Positions 26,556-39,277 of a stretch of 49,347 nucleotides of DNA are shown here, one piece after another. Under the pieces are notes generated by a model. That model was not told where the DNA came from and did not search any database. It saw only the letters and a program-made list of their open reading frames with translations. Both the position numbers and the translations under genes were made by a program. Numbering within the stretch: position 1 is the first letter of the stretch; each line of letters begins with the position of its first letter. This DNA is from Octopus bimaculoides (taxonomy: Eukaryota). The DNA lies in NCBI RefSeq assembly GCF_001194135.2, contig NC_068982.1:62150938-62200284 (forward strand). The letters are read 5' to 3'.

Positions 26556-26780
26556 ATACAATACAGAAAATGGAGATGTAACATTAATATAATTTATTAA
26601 CCAGAAAAACTAACACATTCTCTTGCCCAAAGATTAAATTATAATAATTAAATCATTGTATTGGGCAAAATCTCATCAGAGAAGTAGAAAATACATACCG
26701 TTAGGTTATCAGATGTTATAGTTCCAAATCAACTCAGTCTGTTGAGATGATTTGGAAGTATAAAATCTAATAACCTAACG

Positions 26781-26994
26781 GTGTGTCTTTATCCCACCAC
26801 CATTTGACAACCGGTATTGGTGTATTTATGTCCCCATAGCTTAGGGGTTCGGCGAAAAAAAAAAACCGATACAATAAGTACCAGGCACAAAAAGTAAGTA
26901 CTGGGGGTCGATCCATTCGGCTAAAAATTCAAGGCGGTACCCCAGCCTTGTGCAGTCTAACGACTGAAAAAAGTAAAAGAATAAAACAATAAAA

Positions 26995-26995
<1 letters not shown>
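26781..26995 (+). mobile_element. SINE family B, 3' half, diverged
   Basis: ttgacaaccggtattggtgtatttatgtcccc...ggggtcgatccattcggctaaa...gactgaaaaaagtaaaagaataa. Confidence 0.75.
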
Positions 26996-27032
<37 letters not shown>

Positions 27033-27544
27033 TGGGTGTGTATGATTGTGTATAGAAGAATATATTACTCAAAGAAATTCCAACTTTAATTTTCACATTT
27101 TATTTTTAATCTTATAATATAATATAAGATAATACAATATAATACAATATAATGAAATGATAGAATATTAAATATTAAATATAATATAATGTAATGAAAT
27201 GATAGAATATTAAATGTTCATTCTGATTGAACTGGTACTTTCATGCATTAGACTATGCAATCTTCAGGTTCATGCAGTAATGGTGACAGTTACGTTTTAC
27301 AATTTAAAACTGTGGCGAGATGGCTAAACTGTATAGGCTCCAAAATTTTAATTTTTGCAAACTGTGTTCTGACCAATTAGTGTGTAGCTTTACTAAATTA
27401 CTTAAGTTGATTGGTGTTTGGTTTAGGCTTCACGGTTTGTTGAACATGACAAGAAACCTGTATTTTGACCCTGGCCAAAGCAGTAGTTGCGAGCTATTTT
27501 TTAAGATGTTGTAAACAACATTTCCCAAGGATTTTTACATTTCA

Positions 27545-27810
27545 ATTATCATCATCACCATTATCATCTCCTTTATTATTGTTGTCATCGTCGTCGTCGT
27601 TGTTGTTGCTGTTGTTACTGTTGCTGTTGGTGTTGGTGTTGGTGGTGGTAGGAGTAGCTGTGGTAATAGAACTTTAAACCCCCAAAATAAAATCGTTTAC
27701 TGACTTTTCTCTTGACTTAGCTGGTATTTTCCTGCTATCGTCATCATGGGTACCTTTAGTATTGTTGTTGTTGTTAGTGGTAGTGGTCGTAGTAGCAGAT
27801 ACAGTGAATG
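27545..27810. repeat. Mixed triplet low-complexity tracts (ATC/GTT/GGT/GTA)
   Basis: Direct reading. Confidence 0.85.
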
Positions 27811-28580
27811 ATCGGTCTTTGTTGCTAAGATCAAACTTTGCCTTTGTTAATAGTTTTTTCAAGTTTTTAGGCTGTCTTTTACTAAGAACCATATCTCGAT
27901 CTGTGATTATATCTTTTAAATTCATTACTTTGAGCAATGATCGGTAGGTTTGCTTTGGCAATGCTAAGACATTCTGGTGACATGGGTTATGTGTCACAAT
28001 AAATGGAATGACTTGTTCCGGTTTTCCTCTTCTTTGAGTTGTCCTCAGTTGTTGTATGGGTATTTTTTATAGCCCGCTGCATGCCCTTTTCTATAAATGG
28101 AGACATGTATTTTTGTTTGAGCAAAATTCTCTTAGTTCTATTAGGTGTTTGTTCTACGTATTCGCATCTTCTACAATGGTAAAAATTCTTCTGGTTAGGC
28201 AGTATGGGATGTTGCGCCTTGTATGTAGTGGATAGCATGACTTGAATTCAGGTATTCATGTGTGCCCGTGTGTTTAAAGTATATATCTGTGGTAATGGTG
28301 ATGTCCTTTTTAATTACCATTATATTTAGGAATGGTAATTTGATACCACTCATCTCCTTTGTAAATTGGAGAGATGGGTGTAGGTTTTTCAGAAGGATTT
28401 TCAACTCTTCCAGAGAATTTGGAGGTTCTGTTTAGATTATGAATCACTCGTCAAGGTATCTCTTCCATGCCTTTTCAATATATTTTCTAAATTCACTGCT
28501 GTAGTTTTCCTCTTACTTACTTGGTAGTGCCTTTAATTTGGATGTAATTCTTTCCATTGAAATGTTGTTTTCCAGGTAGT
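27800..28580 (-). mobile_element. Penelope-like element RT/thumb fragment (Neptune-like)
   Basis: FNGKNYIQIKGT, WKRYLD, LHPSLQFTKE, LPFLNIMV, TTDIYFKHTGTHEYL, SKRQPKNLKKLLTKAKF; GIY-YIG absent; clade assignment by motif recall. Confidence 0.8.
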
Positions 28581-28770
28581 GTGCCCGCAGAGCACGTTTA
28601 CCACTTATGGCTACCTGCCGTCATCCACATTACTGCGCTTTCGTCACTCGATCACATCAGGAATTCCCAGGTGCACATTGAGTGTATTCTAAATGACTGA
28701 CAGGGAGGTCGGAGTGCAACTAGCCTCATCAAGACGTAACATGCTTCAAAAGTTATAAGATCTACACGTT

Positions 28771-28875
28771 ACATCACCTGATGAGGCTTTCTGTACTGTG
28801 CGATGCATCTGATGTCATTGCATTATTCCCCACCCAGCAGGGAGCAGCCCAGAAGGCAGCCGAAACGATTGTATC
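28771..28875 (+). ncRNA. Hammerhead-ribozyme-like motif with enlarged stem II
   Basis: CTGATGA (28778-28784), stem II GGCT/AGCC extended by TTCTG/CAGAA, GAAA (28862-28865); no stem I partner found. Confidence 0.5.
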
Positions 28876-28897
28876 AATTATATATATATATATATAT

Positions 28898-29088
28898 GGG
28901 AGAATATACAAATAATAACAACAGACGAGGACAGGTGGTGTAAATAACAAAAGTATATATTAGTATGACGCTCGGGAATACGGAAAGTCTTTGACGTTTC
29001 GAGCTACGCTCTTCAACAGAAAGAATACGGAGACAAGGAGAAAAACACGGAGAAAAAAAATTGAATAGTGTTCAGTCAACGGTCAATC
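28898..29088 (-). mobile_element. Small (TA)n-flanked element with a minimal hammerhead-like motif (28988-29024), probably PLE-derived
   Basis: Minus strand TCTTT-CTGTTGA-A-GAGC-GTA-GCTC-GAAA-CGTC-AAAGA: stem I, stem II and GUC site present; core A6 replaced by U. Confidence 0.55.
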
Positions 29089-29327
29089 ATATATATATAT
29101 ATATATATATACTTTTACTCGTTTCACTCAACGAAGTGTGATTTTTCTACAATACTTGTACGCACTCTGCTAGTAACACAAAACAGGGACAGACACAACA
29201 CTACACTTGTTACTACGCAGCAGCGGGGAATACAAATAGATTCACGCACATATAGTCATACATACAAGCATGTATGTATGTGTATGTGTGTATGGTGTGT
29301 GTGTGTGTATGCATATACATACATATA

Positions 29328-29362
<35 letters not shown>

Positions 29363-30033
29363 GNNNNNNNNNNNNNNNNNNNNNNNNNNNNNNNNNNNNN
29401 NNNNNNNNNNNNNNNNNNNNNNNNNNNNNNNNNNNNNNNNNNNNNNNNNNNNNNNNNNNNNNNNNNNNNNNNNNNNNNNNNNNNNNNNNNNNNNNNNNNN
29501 NNNNNNNNNNNNNNNNNNNNNNNNNNNNNNNNNNNNNNNNNNNNNNNNNNNNNNNNNNNNNNNNNNNNNNNNNNNNNNNNNNNNNNNNNNNNNNNNNNNN
29601 NNNNNNNNNNNNNNNNNNNNNNNNNNNNNNNNNNNNNNNNNNNNNNNNNNNNNNNNNNNNNNNNNNNNNNNNNNNNNNNNNNNNNNNNNNNNNNNNNNNN
29701 NNNNNNNNNNNNNNNNNNNNNNNNNNNNNNNNNNNNNNNNNNNNNNNNNNNNNNNNNNNNNNNNNNNNNNNNNNNNNNNNNNNNNNNNNNNNNNNNNNNN
29801 NNNNNNNNNNNNNNNNNNNNNNNNNNNNNNNNNNNNNNNNNNNNNNNNNNNNNNNNNNNNNNNNNNNNNNNNNNNNNNNNNNNNNNNNNNNNNNNNNNNN
29901 NNNNNNNNNNNNNNNNNNNNNNNNNNNNNNNNNNNNNNNNNNNNNNNNNNNNNNNNNNNNNNNNNNNNNNNNNNNNNNNNNNNNNNNNNNNNNNNNNNNN
30001 NNNNNNNNNNNNNNNNNNNNNNNNNNNNNNNNN

Positions 30034-30034
30034 N

Positions 30035-30083
<49 letters not shown>

Positions 30084-30112
30084 GTCTATCTATCTATCTA
30101 TCTATCTATCTG

Positions 30113-30191
<79 letters not shown>

Positions 30192-30277
30192 GTATATCTA
30201 TCTGGTTTCCTATTGCTTCCTCTGCCACTTTCTTTCCCAGTCTCACCTCTACACTCCTTCTGAACGCATGTATATAA

Positions 30278-30331
<54 letters not shown>

Positions 30332-30482
30332 ACATACATATATACATATATATGTAAATGCATAAATAAATGTATATGTATACATACACATATACACACA
30401 TATATATATGTACGCAAACGCACATTCTTCAGTATGAATTTGTAGGTATATAAAATATGTAAAGATATACGGAAACACACAT

Positions 30483-30573
<91 letters not shown>

Positions 30574-30986
30574 GAGAGCTACACACAACTACATTGGCAG
30601 AGAGATACAAACAACTACATGACTAACGTAATTTTCGAACGTAAACTTTCTCCCACAGGCATAAATTTCCTTCCAACATTCCATCACGAATAGACTGCAA
30701 TCATGTTTTGCTTTTACGAACATCGTAAATTTGCTGGCGCTGGTGTGCACATCAACTCACGCACATGTGCGGGTTTGCTGGGGTACATTTGTATGTATGA
30801 GTGCATGCATATATATGTTTGTGTGTATGTTTGTGTGCGTGTGTATGCGTGTGTGTGAATGTGTGTGCGTGTGTCTGCGCATGTGTGTGCGTGTGTGTGT
30901 ATCTATATCTGTCTATATAAGTATATGTATATGTATATATATTATGTATATATATATGTATACACGCACATATATATATATGCACA

Positions 30987-31041
<55 letters not shown>

Positions 31042-31042
31042 T

Positions 31043-31080
<38 letters not shown>
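30034..31080. repeat. (TATC)n, (CA)n and (TA)n microsatellite block
   Basis: Direct reading. Confidence 0.9.
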
Positions 31081-31081
<1 letters not shown>

Positions 31082-31634
31082 AAAACAACANNNNNNNNNN
31101 NNNNNNNNNNNNNNNNNNNNNNNNNNNNNNNNNNNNNNNNNNNNNNNNNNNNNNNNNNNNNNNNNNNNNNNNNNNNNNNNNNNNNNNNNNNNNNNNNNNN
31201 NNNNNNNNNNNNNNNNNNNNNNNNNNNNNNNNNNNNNNNNNNNNNNNNNNNNNNNNNNNNNNNNNNNNNNNNNNNNNNNNNNNNNNNNNNNNNNNNNNNN
31301 NNNNNNNNNNNNNNNNNNNNNNNNNNNNNNNNNNNNNNNNNNNNNNNNNNNNNNNNNNNNNNNNNNNNNNNNNNNNNNNNNNNNNNNNNNNNNNNNNNNN
31401 NNNNNNNNNNNNNNNNNNNNNNNNNNNNNNNNNNNNNNNNNNNNNNNNNNNNNNNNNNNNNNNNNNNNNNNNNNNNNNNNNNNNNNNNNNNNNNNNNNNN
31501 NNNNNNNNNNNNNNNNNNNNNNNNNNNNNNNNNNNNNNNNNNNNNNNNNNNNNNNNNNNNNNNNNNNNNNNNNNNNNNNNNNNNNNNNNNNNNNNNNNNN
31601 NNNNNNNNNNNNNNNNNNNNNNNNNNNNNNNNNN

Positions 31635-31672
<38 letters not shown>

Positions 31673-32282
31673 TATGTGTGTATTTATATGCATGCGAGTG
31701 GTTATATGTCAGTGTCGGTGCGAGTGCGTCTGTTTCTGTGCGCGCGCGCACGTGTTTCGCTAATATATAATTTCTCTTTATTATTTATAATTCCGCTTAT
31801 CGTTCATATATTATCATATTATCCATATATATTATTATATTATCGCCCTGAACTTGAGTTTATTCCCCGTCATGGACGACGCCAAGGGTTTACTCGAAGA
31901 AATATCTTCCTTATATTTGCGAGATATGTGTGACTACGATCAATGCTTAACTCATATCTGAATTTGACTTTGAATTACATTTTTGTTGTTAATCTCCAAA
32001 AGTGTACTTTTATGTAAATGTTTTACTTGCAGAGAAGATAGTAATCGAATCATGTATGTTTAGGTTGTTTACGATATTTTCCGTTTTTTTTTTTGCTCTC
32101 TATATATGCCAGAATGTATACATTATCAGCTTTTTTTTTCTGATAGAAGTCCTTCTGCTGTCCGGTGAGGAAAAAGATTAGCAATACACTTTCTTTAAAC
32201 ATGTAGCCTGTAGAAACATATGAATGATATCTAGAGAGTGTATGTGATATATATTATATATATGAGTGCGCGTGTGTATTAG

Positions 32283-32283
<1 letters not shown>

Positions 32284-32313
<30 letters not shown>

Positions 32314-32430
32314 TGTATGTATGTATGTATGTATGTATGTATGTATGTATGTGTGTGTATGTATGTATTTATGTATGTATGTATGTATGTATGTATGTAT
32401 GTATGTTTGTATCTATCTATCTATCTATCT
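32284..32430. repeat. (TATG)n followed by (TATC)n
   Basis: Direct reading. Confidence 0.95.
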
Positions 32431-32787
32431 TTACTCTTTACTTGTTTCAGTCATTTGACTGCGGCCATGCTGAAGCAAGGCCTTTAGTCGAGCAAATCGA
32501 CCCCAGGACTTATTCTTTGTAAGCCTAGTACTTATTCTATCGGTCACTTTTTGCCGAACCGCTAAGTTACGGGGACGTAAACACACCAGCATCAGTTATC
32601 AAGCGATGTTGGGGGGACAAACACAGACACACAAATACACACACACATATATATATATACATATACATATATACGACGGGCTTCTTTCAGTTTCCGTCTA
32701 CCAAATCCTCTCACAAGGCTTTGGTCGGCCCGAGGCTATAGTAGAAACACTTGCTCAAGGTGCCACGCAGTGGGACTGAACCCAGAA

Positions 32788-32791
<4 letters not shown>
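32431..32791 (-). mobile_element. SINE family B lacking the first ~45 nt
   Basis: Near-identical reverse complement of 33045-33400. Confidence 0.9.
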
Positions 32792-32828
<37 letters not shown>

Positions 32829-33001
32829 ACATGATAGATGAGATCCAGAGATTCTCAGTATAGCAGACACTTAGTAGCGCTCAAATGATTCAAACTTAAA
32901 CTCCGATGTCTTTACAGTGGGTCAATACCACGGAATAATATATATATATTAAATATTACAGTTTGGGTATGAAATACAAAATATGTTATATATCTATACA
33001 T

Positions 33002-33400
33002 GCGCAGGAGTGGCTGTGTAGTAAGTAGCTTGCTTACCAACCACATGTTTCCGGGTTCAGTCCCACTGCGTGGCACTTTGGACAAGTGTCTTCTACTATA
33101 GCCTCGGGCCGACCAAAGCCTTGTGAGTGGATTTGGCAGACGGAAACTGAAAGAAGCCCGTCGTATATATGTATATGTATATATATATATGTGTGTGTAC
33201 TTGTATGTCTGTGTTTGTCCCTCCAACATCGCTTGACAACCAATGCTGGTGTCCCTCTAATCTAGCGGTTCGGCAAAAGAGACCGATAGAATAAGTACTA
33301 GGCTTCCAAAGAATAAGTCCTGGGGTCGATTTGCTCGACTAAAGGCGGTGCTCCAGCATGGCCGCAGTCAGATGACTGAAACAAGTAAAAGAGTAAAGAG
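33002..33400 (+). mobile_element. SINE family B, full length
   Basis: gcgcaggagtggctgtgtagtaagtagc (A box), gggttcagtccc (B box), tail gtaaaagagtaaagag. Confidence 0.9.
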
Positions 33401-33405
33401 AGTAT

Positions 33406-33975
33406 GCAAATAGTGAAGACTTTCAGGCGATGAATATTTAAGTATAAATACATAGATATTTATACTGATAGATCCAACTTGCACAAAATACAAACGACAG
33501 AGAAAATTAAATAGGAGGAAGAAAGGTGTTATAAGTCCAATAGCTGTTTTGGGGGGCTCGGAGATCCATCATAATATTGATAGATGTAGTTCATCACAAC
33601 ATACAACCGTAATGGAAGCAATCAACATTGGATAAATGGAGCCTCCGTCATCAGGTTAGAGAAAATCTTATTTCAGACCATAGTGTACAGCAGTTCAAAG
33701 GTGGAATTATGATCTGGAATGTAAGATCTTCTCTTCCCTGATGAAGGAGGCTCGATTTATCCAATGTTAATTGCTTTCATTACGACTACGAGTTGTGATG
33801 AACTAAATCTACCAGCATTATGATGGATCTCCGAGCCCCCAGAAATACTGTTGTACTTATCACATCTTTCTTCTTTCCCTTCCTCGTTTGTAATCTGTGT
33901 AAATTGGACCTATTAATATAAATATCTATATATTTATACTTAAATATTCATCGTCTGCAAGTATTCACTTTTTGC
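33406..33975. repeat. 570-bp imperfect palindrome (fold-back)
   Basis: Arms 33406-33682 and 33708-33975 are reverse complements along their whole length; 25-nt spacer. Confidence 0.9.
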
Positions 33976-34744
33976 TTTCTCTCGTTTTGCATGTATACAT
34001 ATATGCATATTTTTTATTCGATTCCCAAACGGAATGCTATATCGAGTTAAATGATAAACCTTTGTAAAAAGTTTCTCGCAACATATTTGTATGCATTCAG
34101 ACACTCAGAAACACAACTCTGTATGCATTCAGACACTCAGAAACGTCACCTCACTATCGAAGTATATATGGAGTTTAAAGACTCATAATATGTAACACTT
34201 ATAGGTACAAAGGTACAAAGATAAGTACAAAGCAGAACATGCGCTGGAAAATTTGTCTCTCGAAGAATGGCTTTGTGCAATTTTGAACATAAGATTGGAA
34301 TTTTCTTATATTTCCAGACACTTCCACCGATATTTACTGAAGTATTTCCAAATACTAGTTGACTAAAATATTTTATTTCTCTCACGTAATAGTTTTACCA
34401 AATCCTGCTTTGTCATACAGGGAAGAGAAACACCGAAACACCAAAACACTAAAACTTGCATGCATGTGCTTTACACAAATGACACTAAAGACATGAAAAA
34501 TGGGGATGATATGCTTTACACTGAATAGAAGAAAATATCAATGTTCTGTGTATAAACAATTGAACACAGGATTGTGTGATGTGTTTTCTAACGTTTCTTG
34601 GGATGGGACAACCAATCAAATCGCAATGACTAATCATATTTTAATGTTTTTATGCATATTATCATATATATTTTATCACTGGTTGGATTATTTAAAATAA
34701 CAGGCAACATGGAATTCAGAGCTACAATTTAAGAAACTTCAGCT

Positions 34745-34776
34745 TATGATGATGATAGTGATGATGATGATGATGG

Positions 34777-34847
<71 letters not shown>

Positions 34848-34870
34848 ATAATAATAATAATAATAATAAT
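34745..34870. repeat. (GAT)n-(TAC)n-(TAA)n tract at the 5' end of a Dong element
   Basis: Direct reading. Confidence 0.95.
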
Positions 34871-34934
34871 AGACTAAGAAGTAGAAAGCTAAACAACAGG
34901 AAGATTAAGAAGCAGAACAACCAAACATAAACCA

Positions 34935-37270
34935 AGATGAAGCAAGATGCATAGCCAAGGAAAAGCTTACATGAAAAATAATAATAACACTAACAGTCAG
35001 TAAGGGAAAACTGACATCAGTGAGTTAAGTGAAGAAGATCAAAAGATATTTATTTGGGATAAGCCAGATAATCACAATAGGGATGCAGCATGGTTAAAGA
35101 AAGAGAGGGAAGAAATAGTTAGTGAGAAGCAGCCAGGTCTAAAAAAATGTTGTGCATTAATGAGTAAAGTTTTAGGAAAAATCCAAACTGGAAGGGTTCA
35201 GGATAATATTTAATTCAAGGGCAGTCGTTAAAAGTTTTAGAAGCTTACATGGGAGACTGAATGAACAGTTTCAGGGTTGCCTGAATGAAGGAGTAATACC
35301 AGATTGGATGATTCTAGAGGGAGAACAGTACACGTTATGAAAGACAGAAGCAAGGGCAATGTAACTAGTAATTATAGAACAATCACTTGCTTACCATTAG
35401 TGTGGAAGCTGTTAGCAGGAAGGCTTTCAGAAAGCATTTACGAGTACCTTGACAACCAGAATTTGCTGCCAGAAGAACAAAAAGGTTGTAGGAAGGAGGC
35501 TAGAGAAACGATGATCTATCATATATAGTCAAAGCAGTTCTAAAACAAGAGAAATCTAGAAAGAAAAATTTAACAATAGCATGGATAAATTGGAAGAAAG
35601 CTTATGACATGATTCCACATTCATGGATAAGTGAATGTTTGAGTCTATTCAGTATTGTAAACCATAGGGATGAATTTTCTTAGGAGACTCATTATCCCCT
35701 TTAATATTTGTGTTATGTTTAATCCTCCTCAGTTTAGTGTTAAGAAAGGTAAAGGCATGGTCTCAGTTTAGAGATAGTAAATAAAAAATTATCATAGATG
35801 ATTTGAAGCTTATTAGTAAGAATAAAAAAGAAATAGATTCTTTAATACAAACAGAACATATGTAAGTTAATGACTCTTCAGCAAATATGTAAGTATGGAA
35901 TTTGGTATAAATAAGTGCGCAAAATTAATCATAAAATGGGACAAGTAGGCAGCCGTAAAGATATACAGCTACTAGATGGCTAGACATTAAAACCATAGAA
36001 AGAAGGAGAAAATTATTAGTACTTAGGAGTATTAGAGTTTGACAGAGTACTAAGTATAGAAATAAATGTGAAAATTGGGAAGGAGTACATCAGAAGGGTA
36101 AGAAAGTTATTGAAGTCAAAACTAAAAGGTCCAAATCTAGTGGAGTTTGTAAATACATGGACCGTATCGTTACTTAAATGTTCAGCAGCTTTTGTAGATT
36201 GGCCAAATTCTAAATTAGCAGATCTAGACAGATGAACTAGGGAGGAATTCAATGTGAACGGAGGTTTTCATCCTAAAGCAGGAGTAACAAATAGAAAGGA
36301 AGGTGGTAGAGGTTTAATATCAGCAGAGGACTGTGTAGAGTTAGCTAGAGTAGATATAGCCACCTATGTAGGTAATACCGAGGAAATGTTATTAATAGCT
36401 GCTAGTGTAACAATAGGAGATAAGAAAAACAAAGAGCCAAATGTAGTTAAAAACAGAAATAAAGAAGCACGATTGTCTGACTGGCAAGTGAAGGCTTTGC
36501 AGGGCAAATTTCCAAAGATGGTTGCAGAAAATAGCAATAGTTAGACGTGGTTGTGTTTGCAGAAAGAAGTCTGAAAAGGGAGACAGAAAGTTTGTTAGTA
36601 GTAGTACAAGATCAGACATTGAGGATTAACTAGATAAAAGCTGTGATAGACAAAATCAGGTAGATTTCCAATGTATATTATGTAAATCAAAGGAAGAAAG
36701 TGTTACTTATATAGTTAGTGAATGTAGCATGCTGACACAGAAAGAATGCAAGAAAAGACATGACAACCTAGGGAGAATAATCCACTGGGAAGTATATAGA
36801 AAACTAGGAACTGACCATTCTGATAAGTAGTATGAAAGGCTAGGAAAGTGCTAGAAAGTAAGAAATATAAGATGTTATGGAACTGTAACATTTAGACTCT
36901 CAGAGTAATAGAAGGTAGAAGGCCTGATTTGGTAGTAGTAGACAAAGAGAATAGAAAGTGCCAGTCCCAAATGATGAGAAAGTCAATATAAGATGTATAA
37001 AGACAACAGAAAAGCACCACGACCTAGCCATTGAGTTACAGAGATTATGAAAAGTGCAGGAAAAATGTCTCCTTGAGTTATAGGTGCATCAGGAAATATT
37101 GCTAAAGATTTGAACAGATGCGTAGAGGAAATAGGCATAAAAACTAGTTAAGTGCAGCTCCGGAAAACAAGTAATATTAGGGACAACTATAATAATTAGA
37201 AAGATTATTGAGGCCTAAGGTTACTTGTTATAGCCCGATATTAGGAATTTTTTCTTGTGCGTAAATGAAA
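34935..37270 (+). mobile_element. R4/Dong-type RLE retrotransposon, 5'-truncated and decayed, second subfamily
   Basis: HNRDAAWLK, SNYRTITCLPLVWKLL, LLPEEQKGCRK, NWKKAYDMIPHSW, GDSLSPL, IDDLKL, YLGVLE, RKEGGRGLISAEDCV, RPDLVVVDK; ends at ~37219 followed by (CAG/CAA)n. Confidence 0.88.
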
Positions 37271-37276
37271 TCACAA

Positions 37277-37311
<35 letters not shown>

Positions 37312-37312
37312 A

Positions 37313-37861
37313 TATTATGCCCTGATGCAATACCAGGCAGCGGCTCTTATGGCTTCCGATCTTAACTGATTGGAAGAGTTATCATATACATGTTTTGTCA
37401 TGGTGTAAAAGATGGGCAACAGAAAATACTCTGCTCAATATCACAGATTTTGTCAGTTGCTTGACCTTCACCAGTTGAGCATGTCCCTTGGTGGCTGACA
37501 ATATGTGCATCTCTGATCACGAACACAAGTAGTTGGGGAGCATCATAGCTATGCGTTGAGAGGAATTCTTTGAGGTTTGAAAATAATTCACCTTTGAAAA
37601 CATGGGTGTTTCATCATCATCCTTAAACAAACATTCAAAGAGATTTTGACTGGGATGGACTACTCGACCTGAAAAAAATTCTAACTGGGCCCTACCTGCA
37701 TATAGTGTTTATCTTGTTATGAGATCACAATATCACGCAAATATGGTTGTGATGCATGTACCTGGTGTACCCTAATCAGATGGGTAGTCATGATGGGCAT
37801 ATTAGGCTTCGTATATTTCTGCCCCAGCATCACTTTGGTGGCACGTGTGGCTCTCTCACTC
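37313..37861. repeat. Unclassified interspersed repeat followed by an (AAT)n/(AGT)n tract
   Basis: Resembles a recalled octopus repeat; single copy here. Confidence 0.3.
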
Positions 37862-38334
37862 AATAATAATAATAATGATAATAATGATGATGATGATAAT
37901 AACAACAACAGCAATAGTAAAAGTAGTAGTAGTAGTAGTAATAGTAGTAGTAGTAGTAAGAAGAAGAAGAACAACAAAAACAAATGGTGTTATCTTTATG
38001 TACCTGTGTATGTGTGTTTGTATTATATATCTTGCAAATATAACGAAAATGTTTCTTCGTTAAAATCGTTAACAAAGTACAGTGCGTGTGCGTATATATA
38101 TATATATATATNNNNNNNNNNNNNNNNNNNNNNNNNNNNNNNNNNNNNNNNNNNNNNNNNNNNNNNNNNNNNNNNNNNNNNNNNNNNNNNNNNNNNNNNN
38201 NNNNNNNNNNNNNNNNNNNNNNNNNNNNNNNNNNNNNNNNNNNNNNNNNNNNNNNNNNNNNNNNNNNNNNNNNNNNNNNNNNNNNNNNNNNNNNNNNNNN
38301 NNNNNNNNNNNNNNNNNNNNNNNNNNNNNNNNNN

Positions 38335-38680
38335 CTTGCTTACCAACCACATGGTTCCAGGTTCATTCCCACTGCGTGGCACCTTGGGCAAGTGTCTTCT
38401 ACTGTAGCCTCGGGCCGACCAAAGCCTTGTGAGTGGATTTGGTAGACGGAAACTGAAAGAAGCCTGTCGTATATATGTTTGTGTGTCTGTGTCTGTCCCC
38501 CCAGTATCGCTTGACAACCGATGCTGGTGTGTTTACGTCCCCGTAACTTAGCGGTTCGGCAAAAGGGACCGATAGAATAAGTACTAGGCTTCCAAAGAAT
38601 AAGTCCTGGGGTCGATTTGCTCGACTAAAGGCGGTGCTCCAGCATGGCCGCAGTCTAATGACTGAAACAAGTAAAAGAGT
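38335..38680 (+). mobile_element. SINE family B (head runs into the N gap)
   Basis: Matches 33030-33400. Confidence 0.9.
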
Positions 38681-39231
38681 ATTTATGTATATATATATAT
38701 ATGTATGTGTGTATGTCTATATATGTATATATAAATAAACATACATATATTTATACATACATACATACATATATACATATATATATATACATGCATCCAT
38801 ATATATATACATACATATATCATTATATATATTGTGTATTATAAATATATANNNNNNNNNNNNNNNNNNNNNNNNNNNNNNNNNNNNNNNNNNNNNNNNN
38901 NNNNNNNNNTATATATTGTATGTATACGTACACAGGTTTTTTTCCAGACACGATATCTGGATTCTAGAGGCGACATGTTCACAGAAATACATGCTCGTGT
39001 CTCGTTCAGCAAATGATGATCAATTGACTCTTATCAAAAAAGAAGTTGAATTTATACACGTAGGGGAATACTAAGAAAAGAGAAACAAAAACAAACAACG
39101 TAAACAGTGGAACATCTATACTTCTACTACAATATCTCTACATGAGAAACTGTTGTTCTATATTTTTGAGATGAAGAATTCTGCACATTTTTTACATTAG
39201 ACGGATATGTATCCTCATCTTGTTTGTTGTT

Positions 39232-39277
39232 ACCACAGCGTTTCGGCTGATTTACTCTCCAGCCTTCATCAGGTATC
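39232..39277 (-). ncRNA. Minimal type I hammerhead ribozyme motif in the left terminal repeat
   Basis: GATAC-CTGATGA-A-GGCTG-GAGAGTAAAT-CAGCC-GAAA-CGCT-GTGGT; core intact but U16.1 is C. Confidence 0.7.

Noticed and set aside
28630-28665. Minus-strand CTGATGTG...GACGAAAGCGC as a second hammerhead
   Set aside because: Core altered, stem II mismatched, no stem I or NUH site
20030-31933. ORFs of 130-430 aa spanning N runs
   Set aside because: Mostly X residues plus TA/CA/TATC repeats; assembly-gap artefacts
34088-34144. 25-bp direct repeat; also a short minisatellite at 27130-27220
   Set aside because: Two copies only; ordinary slippage duplication, not CRISPR-like and the context is eukaryotic
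38945-39074. Candidate exon after ttttttccag
   Set aside because: No convincing donor and no recognisable protein
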